In this document: piece by piece, positions 8,694 to 17,140 of the stretch | Position numbering within the stretch: position 1 is the stretch's first letter | How the letters are laid out: the number at the start of each line of letters is the position of its first letter | Origin: Eubacteriales bacterium | GTDB lineage: Bacteria > Bacillota > Clostridia > Oscillospirales > CAG-272 | NCBI GenBank assembly: GCA_045128735.1 | Contig: JBGVRT010000007.1 | Span: forward strand, 31,003-95,002 | DNA length: 64,000 nt | Reading direction: 5' to 3' | Translations under genes and position numbers: made by a program | Notes under the pieces: model-generated | Told to the model about the DNA's origin: nothing | Databases searched by the model: none | The model's input: the letters and a program-made list of their open reading frames with translations, nothing else

Positions 8694-10034
8694 ATGAAGG
8701 CTGCTTACAAACACTCGGTATCACTTGATATTGAAAAATGTAAAGGCTGTACAGCCTGCCTTAAACGGTGCCCGACGGAGGCTATTCGTATCCACGAAGG
8801 ACACGCTGTAATCAATTCCGACAGATGTATAGACTGCGGTGAGTGTATAAGAGTTTGCCATTCAAAGGCAAAGAAAGCAACTCACGACAGCCTTTCGGTT
8901 CTGAATGATTACAAATATACCGTGGCGCTTCCTGCACCGTCTTTTTACGGGCAGTTTGACAATCTCGACAATATCGGCTACATTATCAAGGGACTTTTGG
9001 ATCTTGGTTTTGACGATGTTTTTGAGGTGGCTTGCGCGGCTGAGATAGTGAGTGCTTATACTCGCCAATACATCAATCGCGCTGACATCAAAAAGCCGAT
9101 AATCAGTTCTGCTTGTCCAACGATAACCAGGCTGATCAGCACTAATTATCCTTACTTGTGCGAAAATATTATGCCAATACTTCCGCCCATAGACGTTGCC
9201 GCAATGCTGGCACGCGAAAAGGCACTCAGGGAGCATCCCGAGCTTGCGCCCGAGGATATAGGAATAATATTTATCTCGCCTTGTCCTGCAAAGGTAAGCT
9301 ATATAAAGAATAACTTTGCGGGCGAACGAAATTACATTTCAGCTGCCGTTTCGGTGCGCGATGTGTATTTTGCTTTACTTGACAAAATGAAGAAGGGGGA
9401 GACCGAGCCGCTTGAGTCTACCGAATCGGGAATTATCGGTATCGGTTGGGCTTCTACGGGAGGCGAATCCTCTGCCATACTTAATGACAGATATCTCGCC
9501 GCAGACGGAATTGAGAACTGTATAAGAGTTCTTGACCAGATAGACAGCGCGGACATTACCACTCTTGATTTTGTAGAACTTAATGCTTGTAACGGCGGTT
9601 GCGTTGGCGGCGCAATGACGGTCGCAAATGCCTATATTGCGCAGGCGCGGCTTCAGTCGCTTAAACGCTATCTTCCCGTTTCACCTAACAGACCTGCAAG
9701 CGATTGGATACCCGATGAATATTTCCATGAGAAAAACGTTGAGTACAATCCTTACAGCTCACTGTCACCCGACAGAAAAACAGCGATGCGTATGATGCGC
9801 GACATCGAAGAGCTTACCAAAAAGCTTCCCGGACTTGATTGCGGCTCCTGCGGTGCACCCACGTGTATGGCGTTTGCAGAGGACGTTGTGAAGAATGAAA
9901 CGAGCATTGATGAATGTACCGTTATCCTCAAACGTGCTTTGAAGGCGCACGGTATTGACAGGGAATTGCTTGATTCGGAATTGAAAAATTTTGAATCCTT
10001 CAAAAAGGAGGGCGGCGCCAATGACGGTGAGTGA
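8694..10034 (+). CDS. Group C/D putative sensory [FeFe]-hydrogenase (HydS/HfsB-like)
   Basis: Two N-terminal [4Fe-4S] motifs; H-cluster motifs SSACP, SPCPAK, ELNACNGGCVGG; C-terminal LPGLDCGSCGAPTC FeS domain. Confidence 0.85.
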   Translation: MKAAYKHSVSLDIEKCKGCTACLKRCPTEAIRIHEGHAVINSDRCIDCGECIRVCHSKAKKATHDSLSVLNDYKYTVALPAPSFYGQFDNLDNIGYIIKGLLDLGFDDVFEVACAAEIVSAYTRQYINRADIKKPIISSACPTITRLISTNYPYLCENIMPILPPIDVAAMLAREKALREHPELAPEDIGIIFISPCPAKVSYIKNNFAGERNYISAAVSVRDVYFALLDKMKKGETEPLESTESGIIGIGWASTGGESSAILNDRYLAADGIENCIRVLDQIDSADITTLDFVELNACNGGCVGGAMTVANAYIAQARLQSLKRYLPVSPNRPASDWIPDEYFHEKNVEYNPYSSLSPDRKTAMRMMRDIEELTKKLPGLDCGSCGAPTCMAFAEDVVKNETSIDECTVILKRALKAHGIDRELLDSELKNFESFKKEGGANDGE

Positions 10035-10359
10035 GATTAAAGCGAGAATCGGAGCACAGCTTGTGTGCGGAGATGATTCGGCGCATTTCGACGGTGTTTA
10101 CGTCGGGGATCTTCTCAGCCGGGCAATGAGTCACGTTGAGAGTGACAACCTTTGGATCACGATAATGTCAAACGTTAACGTGGTTGCCGTTGCAACTCTT
10201 ACCGAGCCTGCGGCTGTGATACTTGCCGAGGGTGTCGAGCTTCAGTCGGATGCTCTTGCAAGCGCAAAAGAAAACGGTATTACTGTGCTTTCAACAGCAC
10301 TTTCTGCATATGAGATTGCAGTTGAGCTTAATAAAGCCATAACGGAGAACGGCATATGA
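10021..10359 (+). CDS. DRTGG-domain protein
   Basis: GVYVGDLLSRAM...WITIMSNVNVVAVA; GGAGG RBS before ATG 10021. Confidence 0.82.
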   Translation: MTVSEIKARIGAQLVCGDDSAHFDGVYVGDLLSRAMSHVESDNLWITIMSNVNVVAVATLTEPAAVILAEGVELQSDALASAKENGITVLSTALSAYEIAVELNKAITENGI

Positions 10360-11120
10360 GCCTCTACCGTTGCGATCTTCATGTCCATTCCTGCCTTTCA
10401 CCTTGCGGTGACGAGGATATGACTCCCGGCAATATTGTCGGAATAGCGCTTTTGAACGGACTTCAAATCGTTGCGCTTACCGACCATAATACTGTGAAAA
10501 ACTGTCCGTCGTTTTTTAAGCTGGCTAAGACACACGGAATAATTCCAGTGGCTGGCGTTGAGCTTACTACCAACGAAGATGTTCACGCGGTCTGCCTTTT
10601 TAGAACGCTTGACGCGGCAATGGATTTTGGAGAGTATATTGAAAGTAAACGTATCCGTATAAAGAATGATCCCGGAATTTTCGGAAGACAGCTTTTGATC
10701 GACGAAAACGATAAAACAATCGGCGAAGAGGAATATCTGCTTATCAATGCGGTTGACCTTTCGCTTGAAGAAGCTTTTGTGGAGGTCAGCAAGCGCGGCG
10801 GTGTGTGCTATCCCGCACATATTGACCGAAGCTCAAATGGTATAATATCAATGCTGGGTGATTTCCCGCCTGAACCGCGATTTACTGCTTTTGAGCTTAA
10901 CGATGCGTCCTCATACGAGGAGTGCTTGAGTCGATTCCCAATACTTAAGGAACGCGAACTCGTGCACGTTGCAGCATCAGATGCCCATTACCTTACCGAT
11001 ATCTCCGAGGAAGGATTTGCTGTTGAGCTTGACGACGAGCCGTACTCGTCGGATATCGTCAGAAATAATCTTATAGATTACCTACTCGGAATCAAAAAGG
11101 GCGGTGACAAAAATGGATGA
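10356..11120 (+). CDS. PHP-domain phosphoesterase
   Basis: DLHVHSCLSPC, ALTDHN, GVE, AHIDR, SDAH. Confidence 0.9.
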   Translation: MSLYRCDLHVHSCLSPCGDEDMTPGNIVGIALLNGLQIVALTDHNTVKNCPSFFKLAKTHGIIPVAGVELTTNEDVHAVCLFRTLDAAMDFGEYIESKRIRIKNDPGIFGRQLLIDENDKTIGEEEYLLINAVDLSLEEAFVEVSKRGGVCYPAHIDRSSNGIISMLGDFPPEPRFTAFELNDASSYEECLSRFPILKERELVHVAASDAHYLTDISEEGFAVELDDEPYSSDIVRNNLIDYLLGIKKGGDKNG

Positions 11121-11661
11121 GCTTTCGCTTTACGTTCTTGATATCACAATGAATTCTGTGAGAGCGGGAGCAACCGAAATATCGGTCGAGCTTGTTGAAG
11201 AAGGTGAGTGGCTTACCTTTACGGTAGGCGACAACGGTTGCGGAATGACCGATGAACAGCTTGATAAGCTCTCAAATCCGTTCTTCACAACAAGAAAGAC
11301 CCGAAAGGTTGGACTTGGTATTCCGTTTTTGAAAATGCTTGCTGAAATGACGGGCGGAGAGGTTAAAATAACCTCAGTACACGAGTCGGTATCTACTGAC
11401 CACGGTACAACGACCTGCGCTAAGTTTGGAAAAAATCACATTGATTTTATTCCGCTTGGAGATATGGTCGAAACAGTAAAAACACTTATTCAGGGATCTC
11501 CCGATATCAATTTTACCTATCGGCACAAGACCGAGAACGGGGAAGTGACACTTTCCTGTAAGGAGATGCGAGAGGTGCTTGGAGACATTCCCTTAAACGA
11601 GCCCGAAATACTGAGCTGGATAGGCGAAAACCTTAAAGAGCAGTATGCGGAGCTTCGTTGA
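11113..11661 (+). CDS. Stand-alone histidine-kinase-like (GHKL) ATPase
   Basis: DITMNSVRAGA, DNGCGM, PFFTTRKTRKVGLGIP; no H-box/DHp domain. Confidence 0.85.
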   Translation: MDELSLYVLDITMNSVRAGATEISVELVEEGEWLTFTVGDNGCGMTDEQLDKLSNPFFTTRKTRKVGLGIPFLKMLAEMTGGEVKITSVHESVSTDHGTTTCAKFGKNHIDFIPLGDMVETVKTLIQGSPDINFTYRHKTENGEVTLSCKEMREVLGDIPLNEPEILSWIGENLKEQYAELR

Positions 11662-11704
11662 ATCTTGTTAAAAATTTTTTATATAAAACGAAAGGATGAT
11701 CACT

Positions 11705-12076
11705 ATGAAGTCACTTGAAGAGTTGAAGGCAATAAAAGCCAAAATGCAGGACAAGGTTGCTCTGCGTACTTCCAGCGGCGAGACCCGTATCGTAGTCGGA
11801 ATGGCAACCTGCGGAATTGCTGCAGGCGCACGCCCCGTACTCAACGCATTTGTTGAGGGTGTAGCAGAGGCAGGCATCGGAGACAGCGTTATGGTTACTC
11901 AGACAGGTTGTATCGGTATTTGTCAGTATGAGCCTGTTGTTGAGGTATATGTTCAGGGCGCTGAAAAGATTACTTACGTTAAGATGACCCCCGAGCGTGC
12001 AAAGGAAGTTCTTGAGAAGCACATCAAGGGCGGAAACGTTGTTACCGAGTACACCATCGGCGCGCTCAAAAAGTAA
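11705..12076 (+). CDS. hndB: Thioredoxin-like [2Fe-2S] ferredoxin subunit (HndB/HydD)
   Basis: GMATCGIAAGA, TGCIGICQYEP; AAAGGA RBS favours ATG 11705 over 11696. Confidence 0.88.
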   Translation: MKSLEELKAIKAKMQDKVALRTSSGETRIVVGMATCGIAAGARPVLNAFVEGVAEAGIGDSVMVTQTGCIGICQYEPVVEVYVQGAEKITYVKMTPERAKEVLEKHIKGGNVVTEYTIGALKK

Positions 12077-12110
12077 TTCTTAAAAAGTAAATTAGGAGGA
12101 ATAAATACAA

Positions 12111-13940
12111 ATGATTCGTTCTCATGTACTTATCTGCGGCGGTACAGGCTGTACCTCGTCCGGCAGTACAAATCTTCGCGATAAGCTCGCTGAAGAGCTT
12201 AAAGCAAAAGGTCTTGACGAAGAAATAAAGATCGTTATGACCGGTTGTTTCGGACTTTGTGCTCTTGGTCCGATTATGATCGTTTATCCCGAAGGCACAT
12301 TCTATAGCAGAGTAACTGTTGACGATATTCCCGAAATCGTTGACGAGCATCTTATGAAGGGCCGTATCGTTGAGCGTCTTGTATATAACGATACAGGAGA
12401 TTCTAAGGGCGTGGAAGAGGCTGCAGCCGCTTCGCTTAACGAGACTGTATTCTACAAAAAGCAGCATCGTGTAGCTCTCCGTAACTGCGGTGTTATCAAC
12501 CCCGAAAATATCGAAGAGTATATCGCAATGGACGGTTATTTCGCACTGCACAAGGTGCTTACCGAAATGACCCCCGATGACGTTATCCAGACAATTCTTG
12601 ATTCCGGACTTCGTGGACGCGGAGGCGGTGGATTCCCCACAGGTCTCAAGTGGAAGTTCGCTTCCAATAACCGCGGTCAGGTTAAGAAGTACGTTGCTTG
12701 TAACGCAGACGAAGGTGATCCCGGTGCGTTCATGGACCGTTCCATTCTTGAGGGTGACCCCCATGCTCTTATCGAGGCTATGGCAATTGCCGCTTACGCT
12801 ATCGGTGCTGACGAGGGTTACGTTTACGTTCGTGCTGAGTACCCCATCGCTGTACACCGCTTGAACATTGCTATCGAGCAGGCAAGAGAAATGGGTCTTC
12901 TTGGTGAGGATATTTTTGGAACAGGCTTCAAGTTTGATATGCAGATCCGTCTTGGCGCAGGTGCGTTCGTGTGCGGTGAGGAGACAGCTCTTATGACCTC
13001 TATTGAGGGTAACAGAGGTGAGCCTCGTCCCCGTCCTCCTTTCCCTGCGGTAAAGGGTCTGTTTGGTAAGCCTACTGTTCTTAACAATGTTGAGACATAT
13101 GCAAATATTCCCCAGATCATCCTTAAGGGTGCTGATTGGTTCGCTTCTATGGGAACAGAGAAGTCCAAGGGTACTAAGGTATTTGCTCTTGGTGGTAAGA
13201 TCCAGAATACAGGTCTTGTTGAGATTCCTATGGGTACAACTCTTCGTGAGGTTGTTGAGGAGATCGGCGGCGGTATTCCCAACGGTAAGAAGTTCAAGGC
13301 TGCTCAGACAGGTGGACCTTCCGGTGGATGTATCCCCGCACACCTTATTGACACTCCCATTGACTACGATAACCTTATCGCAATCGGTTCTATGATGGGT
13401 TCGGGCGGACTTATCGTTATGGATGAAGATAACTGTATGGTTGATATCGCTAAGTTCTTCCTCGAGTTCACAGTTGATGAGTCCTGCGGTAAGTGTACTC
13501 CTTGCCGTGTCGGTACAAAGAGACTTCTTGAGATACTTGATAAGATCATCTCGGGTAACGGTGAGCTTGAAGACCTTGACCGTATGGAAGAGCTTTGTAA
13601 CTACATAAAGAGTGCTTCTCTTTGCGGACTTGGACAGACCGCTCCTAACCCTGTAATTTCTACACTTCGTTACTTCAAGGATGAGTATATCGCTCATATC
13701 GTTGACAAGAAGTGTCCTGCAGGCGTATGTAAGAGCCTTCTTCAGTACACAATCGATCAGGATAAGTGTATCGGATGCGGAATGTGTGCTAAGAACTGTC
13801 CCGCAGATGCTATTTCCAAGACAACTTACGTTGCTCCCGGTCATAAGCTTCCTTCGCTTGCTATCGATCCTACCAAGTGCGTGAAGTGCGGAGCTTGTCT
13901 TGATAGCTGTAAGAAGATCAAGGCTATTTCCAAGAAGTAA
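12111..13940 (+). CDS. hndC: NADH/FMN-binding NuoF-like subunit (HndC/HydB)
   Basis: GLRGRGGGGFPTG, NADEGDPGAFMDR, GAFVCGEETAL, ESCGKCTPCR, C-terminal 2x[4Fe-4S]. Confidence 0.95.
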   Translation: MIRSHVLICGGTGCTSSGSTNLRDKLAEELKAKGLDEEIKIVMTGCFGLCALGPIMIVYPEGTFYSRVTVDDIPEIVDEHLMKGRIVERLVYNDTGDSKGVEEAAAASLNETVFYKKQHRVALRNCGVINPENIEEYIAMDGYFALHKVLTEMTPDDVIQTILDSGLRGRGGGGFPTGLKWKFASNNRGQVKKYVACNADEGDPGAFMDRSILEGDPHALIEAMAIAAYAIGADEGYVYVRAEYPIAVHRLNIAIEQAREMGLLGEDIFGTGFKFDMQIRLGAGAFVCGEETALMTSIEGNRGEPRPRPPFPAVKGLFGKPTVLNNVETYANIPQIILKGADWFASMGTEKSKGTKVFALGGKIQNTGLVEIPMGTTLREVVEEIGGGIPNGKKFKAAQTGGPSGGCIPAHLIDTPIDYDNLIAIGSMMGSGGLIVMDEDNCMVDIAKFFLEFTVDESCGKCTPCRVGTKRLLEILDKIISGNGELEDLDRMEELCNYIKSASLCGLGQTAPNPVISTLRYFKDEYIAHIVDKKCPAGVCKSLLQYTIDQDKCIGCGMCAKNCPADAISKTTYVAPGHKLPSLAIDPTKCVKCGACLDSCKKIKAISKK

Positions 13941-13956
13941 GAAAGGAGAACCCAAT

Positions 13957-15699
13957 ATGGAAACAGTAAATATTAAAATAAATGGCAAGGAATATGCCGT
14001 TCCTCAGGGTTCGACAGTCCTTGAAGCAGCTCGCGCTGCAAAGATAGAGATCCCCACACTTTGCTACCTTAAGGACATCAACGCAATCGGTGCATGCCGT
14101 CTTTGCCTTGTTGAGGTTTCTGAGGGTGGTAAGCCCTTTAGAATGGTTACTGCTTGTGTTTATCCTGTAACCGAGGGAATGGAGGTCCTCACAAATACCC
14201 CCAAGATTATCAAGTCCAGAAAGCTCAACCTTGAGCTTGTACTTTCCAACCACGATAAGAAGTGCCTTTCTTGCACACGTAATACCACCTGCGAGCTTCA
14301 GAAGCTTTGCAATGAGTACGGTGTAGACGAGAGCTACTTCAAGGGCGAAATGAACAAGTATGAGATCGACGATTCCTCGCCCATTATCCGTGATAATAAC
14401 AAGTGTATCCTTTGCCGTCGTTGCGTAGCTGTTTGCTCTAAGGTTCAGGGCATTGGTGTTATCGGTGCAAACGACCGTGGATTTGATACACATATCGCTT
14501 CCGCGTTCGAGACAAAGCTTGGCGACAACGCTTGTATCAACTGCGGTCAGTGTATCGTTGCTTGTCCCACAGGTGCTCTTTATGAGAGAGATGATACAGA
14601 TAAGGTTATGGAAGCTATCGCGGATCCTTCAAAGAAGGTTTACATCTGCACAGCTCCTTCTGTTCGTGCACAGATCGGTGAGTGCTTCGGCTACGAGCCC
14701 GGTACAGACGTTGAGGGTAAGATGGTTGCCGCTATCAAGCGCCTCGGCTTTGACGGTGTGTTCGATATGAACCTTACTGCCGACCTTACCATTATGGAAG
14801 AAGCAACAGAGTTCCTTGGCAGAGTTAAGAACGGCGGTGTTCTTCCTATGATCACCTCCTGCTCTCCCGGATGGATCAAGTTCTGCGAGCACTACTATCC
14901 CGAGATGACAGAAAACCTTTCTACCTGCAAGTCTCCTCAGCAGATGTTCGGTGCAGTTGTTAAGACTTACTTCGCTGAAAAAGAGGGAATTGATCCCAAG
15001 GATATCTTCTTCGTATCCGCAATTCCTTGTACTGCTAAGAAGTTTGAGGTTGGACGCGATGGTGAATCTGCTGCAGGTGTTCCTGATGTTGACGTTGCTA
15101 TTACAACCCGTGAGCTTGGCAGAATGATTGAAAAAGCAGGCATCAAGTTCAGAGAGCTTGATGACGAAGCATTTGATATTCCTTTCGATATCGGATCGGG
15201 CGCAGGCGCTATCTTCGGTGCTACAGGCGGTGTTATGGAGGCTGCTCTCCGTACAGCGGCTGAGGTTATCGAGGGCAAGCCTCTTGAGAAGCTTGACTTC
15301 ACAGAGGTAAGAGGAACTGAGGGGGTTAAGTTTGCTACTTATAAGCTTGGTGACATTACTCTTAACGTTGCTGTAACAAGCGGAACAGGCAACGCGAGAA
15401 AGCTCCTTGACGACGTTAAGGCAGGCAAGGTTGACGTTCAGTTCATTGAGGTTATGGGATGTCCCGGCGGCTGTGTAAACGGCGGCGGACAGCCTCATCA
15501 GCCCGCGGCTGTTCGTGAGACAGTTGACCTTCGTGCAGTTCGTGCGGCGGTTCTTTACAACGATGACGCTAATGCAGACCTCAGAAAGTCTCATGAGAAC
15601 TCGGCTGTAAAGAAGCTCTACGACGAGTACTTCGGAGAACCCAACAGCCACAAGGCTCACGAGATTCTTCACACTCACTATGTAAAGCGCGGTATATAA
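13957..15699 (+). CDS. hndD: [FeFe]-hydrogenase catalytic subunit, group A3 (HndD/HydA)
   Basis: TSCSPGW, IPCTAKKFE, EVMGCPGGCVNGGGQP, N-terminal FeS clusters, RKSHEN...LHTHY. Confidence 0.95.
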   Translation: METVNIKINGKEYAVPQGSTVLEAARAAKIEIPTLCYLKDINAIGACRLCLVEVSEGGKPFRMVTACVYPVTEGMEVLTNTPKIIKSRKLNLELVLSNHDKKCLSCTRNTTCELQKLCNEYGVDESYFKGEMNKYEIDDSSPIIRDNNKCILCRRCVAVCSKVQGIGVIGANDRGFDTHIASAFETKLGDNACINCGQCIVACPTGALYERDDTDKVMEAIADPSKKVYICTAPSVRAQIGECFGYEPGTDVEGKMVAAIKRLGFDGVFDMNLTADLTIMEEATEFLGRVKNGGVLPMITSCSPGWIKFCEHYYPEMTENLSTCKSPQQMFGAVVKTYFAEKEGIDPKDIFFVSAIPCTAKKFEVGRDGESAAGVPDVDVAITTRELGRMIEKAGIKFRELDDEAFDIPFDIGSGAGAIFGATGGVMEAALRTAAEVIEGKPLEKLDFTEVRGTEGVKFATYKLGDITLNVAVTSGTGNARKLLDDVKAGKVDVQFIEVMGCPGGCVNGGGQPHQPAAVRETVDLRAVRAAVLYNDDANADLRKSHENSAVKKLYDEYFGEPNSHKAHEILHTHYVKRGI

Positions 15700-15710
15700 A
15701 TAAAACCCAT

Positions 15711-15741
15711 AGGGGCGACGAAAGTCGCCCCTTAATTTTTT
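15711..15741 (+). terminator. Intrinsic terminator of hydrogenase operon
   Basis: AGGGGCGAC-GAAA-GTCGCCCCT followed by T-rich tract. Confidence 0.85.
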
Positions 15742-15761
15742 CATTATTTTTCCAAAAGATA

Positions 15762-15790
15762 TTGACAAAACAAGTTTTTGGTGATATAAT
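15762..15790 (+). promoter_or_regulatory. sigmaA promoter of GntR-ABC operon
   Basis: Perfect TTGACA-17bp-TATAAT with TG extension. Confidence 0.9.
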
Positions 15791-15792
15791 GC

Positions 15793-15819
15793 AACTGTAC
15801 TAACACATATAGTACAGTT
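15793..15819. promoter_or_regulatory. YtrA-type GntR operator
   Basis: Perfect inverted repeat AACTGTACTA-N7-TAGTACAGTT over the predicted TSS. Confidence 0.85.
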
Positions 15820-15838
15820 TGTGAAAGGAGGATATTAA

Positions 15839-16207
15839 ATGCTTGTAGTAGATAAAATGTCAAGAATCCCTATATACGAACAGATAGAAGAGGGAATAAA
15901 AAGAGAAATTATTACGGGTATTCTTAAGGAGAGAGAGCAGCTTCCGTCAATAAGAGAGCTGTCTGTTATTCTTACCACAAATCCCAATACCGTTCAAAAA
16001 GCCTTTATGGCACTTGACAGAGACGGAATAATAGTTTCAACTCCCGGGCGCGGATGCTTTGTAGCTGATAACGCGGTAGAGAAGATTCGTGAAGGGCTGA
16101 AGAGTAAGATTGACGAAATCAAAGAGCTTGCCAAAACGCTTGCAAACGCGGGGATAGATGAAAAAGCCGTGCTTGAAGCTGTAAAAAGCGCCTACAAAGC
16201 AAAATAA
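15839..16207 (+). CDS. GntR/YtrA-subfamily transcriptional repressor
   Basis: PIYEQI, LPSIRELS, NPNTVQKA, GRGCFV; short C-terminus. Confidence 0.92.
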   Translation: MLVVDKMSRIPIYEQIEEGIKREIITGILKEREQLPSIRELSVILTTNPNTVQKAFMALDRDGIIVSTPGRGCFVADNAVEKIREGLKSKIDEIKELAKTLANAGIDEKAVLEAVKSAYKAK

Positions 16208-16227
16208 ACCAAGAAAGGAAGAGAGCT

Positions 16228-17127
16228 ATGATTTGTGCAAAAAATTTAACAATGAAATTCGATGATTTCACAGCACTTAAAAGAATGAACTGTGAGATTC
16301 CCGAAGCGTGTATATATGGACTCGTTGGCAGTAACGGCGCGGGTAAATCAACGTTTTTAAGACTTATCAGCGGAATATACCGCCCGGATAGCGGTGAGGT
16401 AACTATAGACGGACAGCCTGTTTACGAAAATCCCGAGGTTAAGAATAGAATACTTTACGTTCCCGACGAGCTGTATTTTTTACCTCAGGCAAATATGGAA
16501 AGAATGGCTGAATTGTACAGCTCAATATATGAAAAGTTTAATTATGAGCGCTTTTATAACCTTACAAAAACCTTTGGGCTTAATCCCAAGGCAAATATAA
16601 ATACTTTTTCTAAGGGTATGAAGCGGCAGGCAGCAACCATTCTTGCGCTTTCCTCAATGCCCGAAATTCTCTTGTTTGACGAGACCTTTGACGGTCTTGA
16701 CCCCGTAATGAGAAATCTTGTAAAGCAGGTGATTTACAACGACGTTATCGAAAGAAAGACAACGACGATAATCACCTCTCACTCGCTTCGCGAGCTTGAG
16801 GATACCTGCGACCAGCTCGCTTTGCTTCATAAGGGCGGTATCGTTTTTGAAAGCGATATTCAAGACCTTAAAACAACGCTGTTCAAGGTGCAGGTTGCAT
16901 TTAATGGGGGGTATTCGAAAGAACGCTTTGCAGGCGTGGAAATGCTTGACTATAACCAAATGGGCTCTGTTGCAACCTTTATTGCACGCGGAGACAAGGA
17001 AGAGGTTGTGGCAAAAATTCGCGGACTGAATCCCGTTCTTCTTGACGTTCTTCCTCTCAATCTTGAGGAAGTGTTTATCTATGAGATGGAAAGTCTCGGT
17101 TACGCCTTTAAGGAAATTCTGATGTAA
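16228..17127 (+). CDS. ABC transporter ATP-binding protein (YtrB-like)
   Basis: GSNGAGKST, FSKGMKRQ, DETFDGLD, SH. Confidence 0.93.
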   Translation: MICAKNLTMKFDDFTALKRMNCEIPEACIYGLVGSNGAGKSTFLRLISGIYRPDSGEVTIDGQPVYENPEVKNRILYVPDELYFLPQANMERMAELYSSIYEKFNYERFYNLTKTFGLNPKANINTFSKGMKRQAATILALSSMPEILLFDETFDGLDPVMRNLVKQVIYNDVIERKTTTIITSHSLRELEDTCDQLALLHKGGIVFESDIQDLKTTLFKVQVAFNGGYSKERFAGVEMLDYNQMGSVATFIARGDKEEVVAKIRGLNPVLLDVLPLNLEEVFIYEMESLGYAFKEILM

Positions 17128-17140
17128 GGAGGATAATACC

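Noticed and set aside
12066-13988. 640-aa minus-strand ORF (also 14629-15768, 26693-28072, 29357-30247, 48290-49807)
   Set aside because: Antisense shadows of highly expressed, codon-biased genes; no recognisable motifs or RBS
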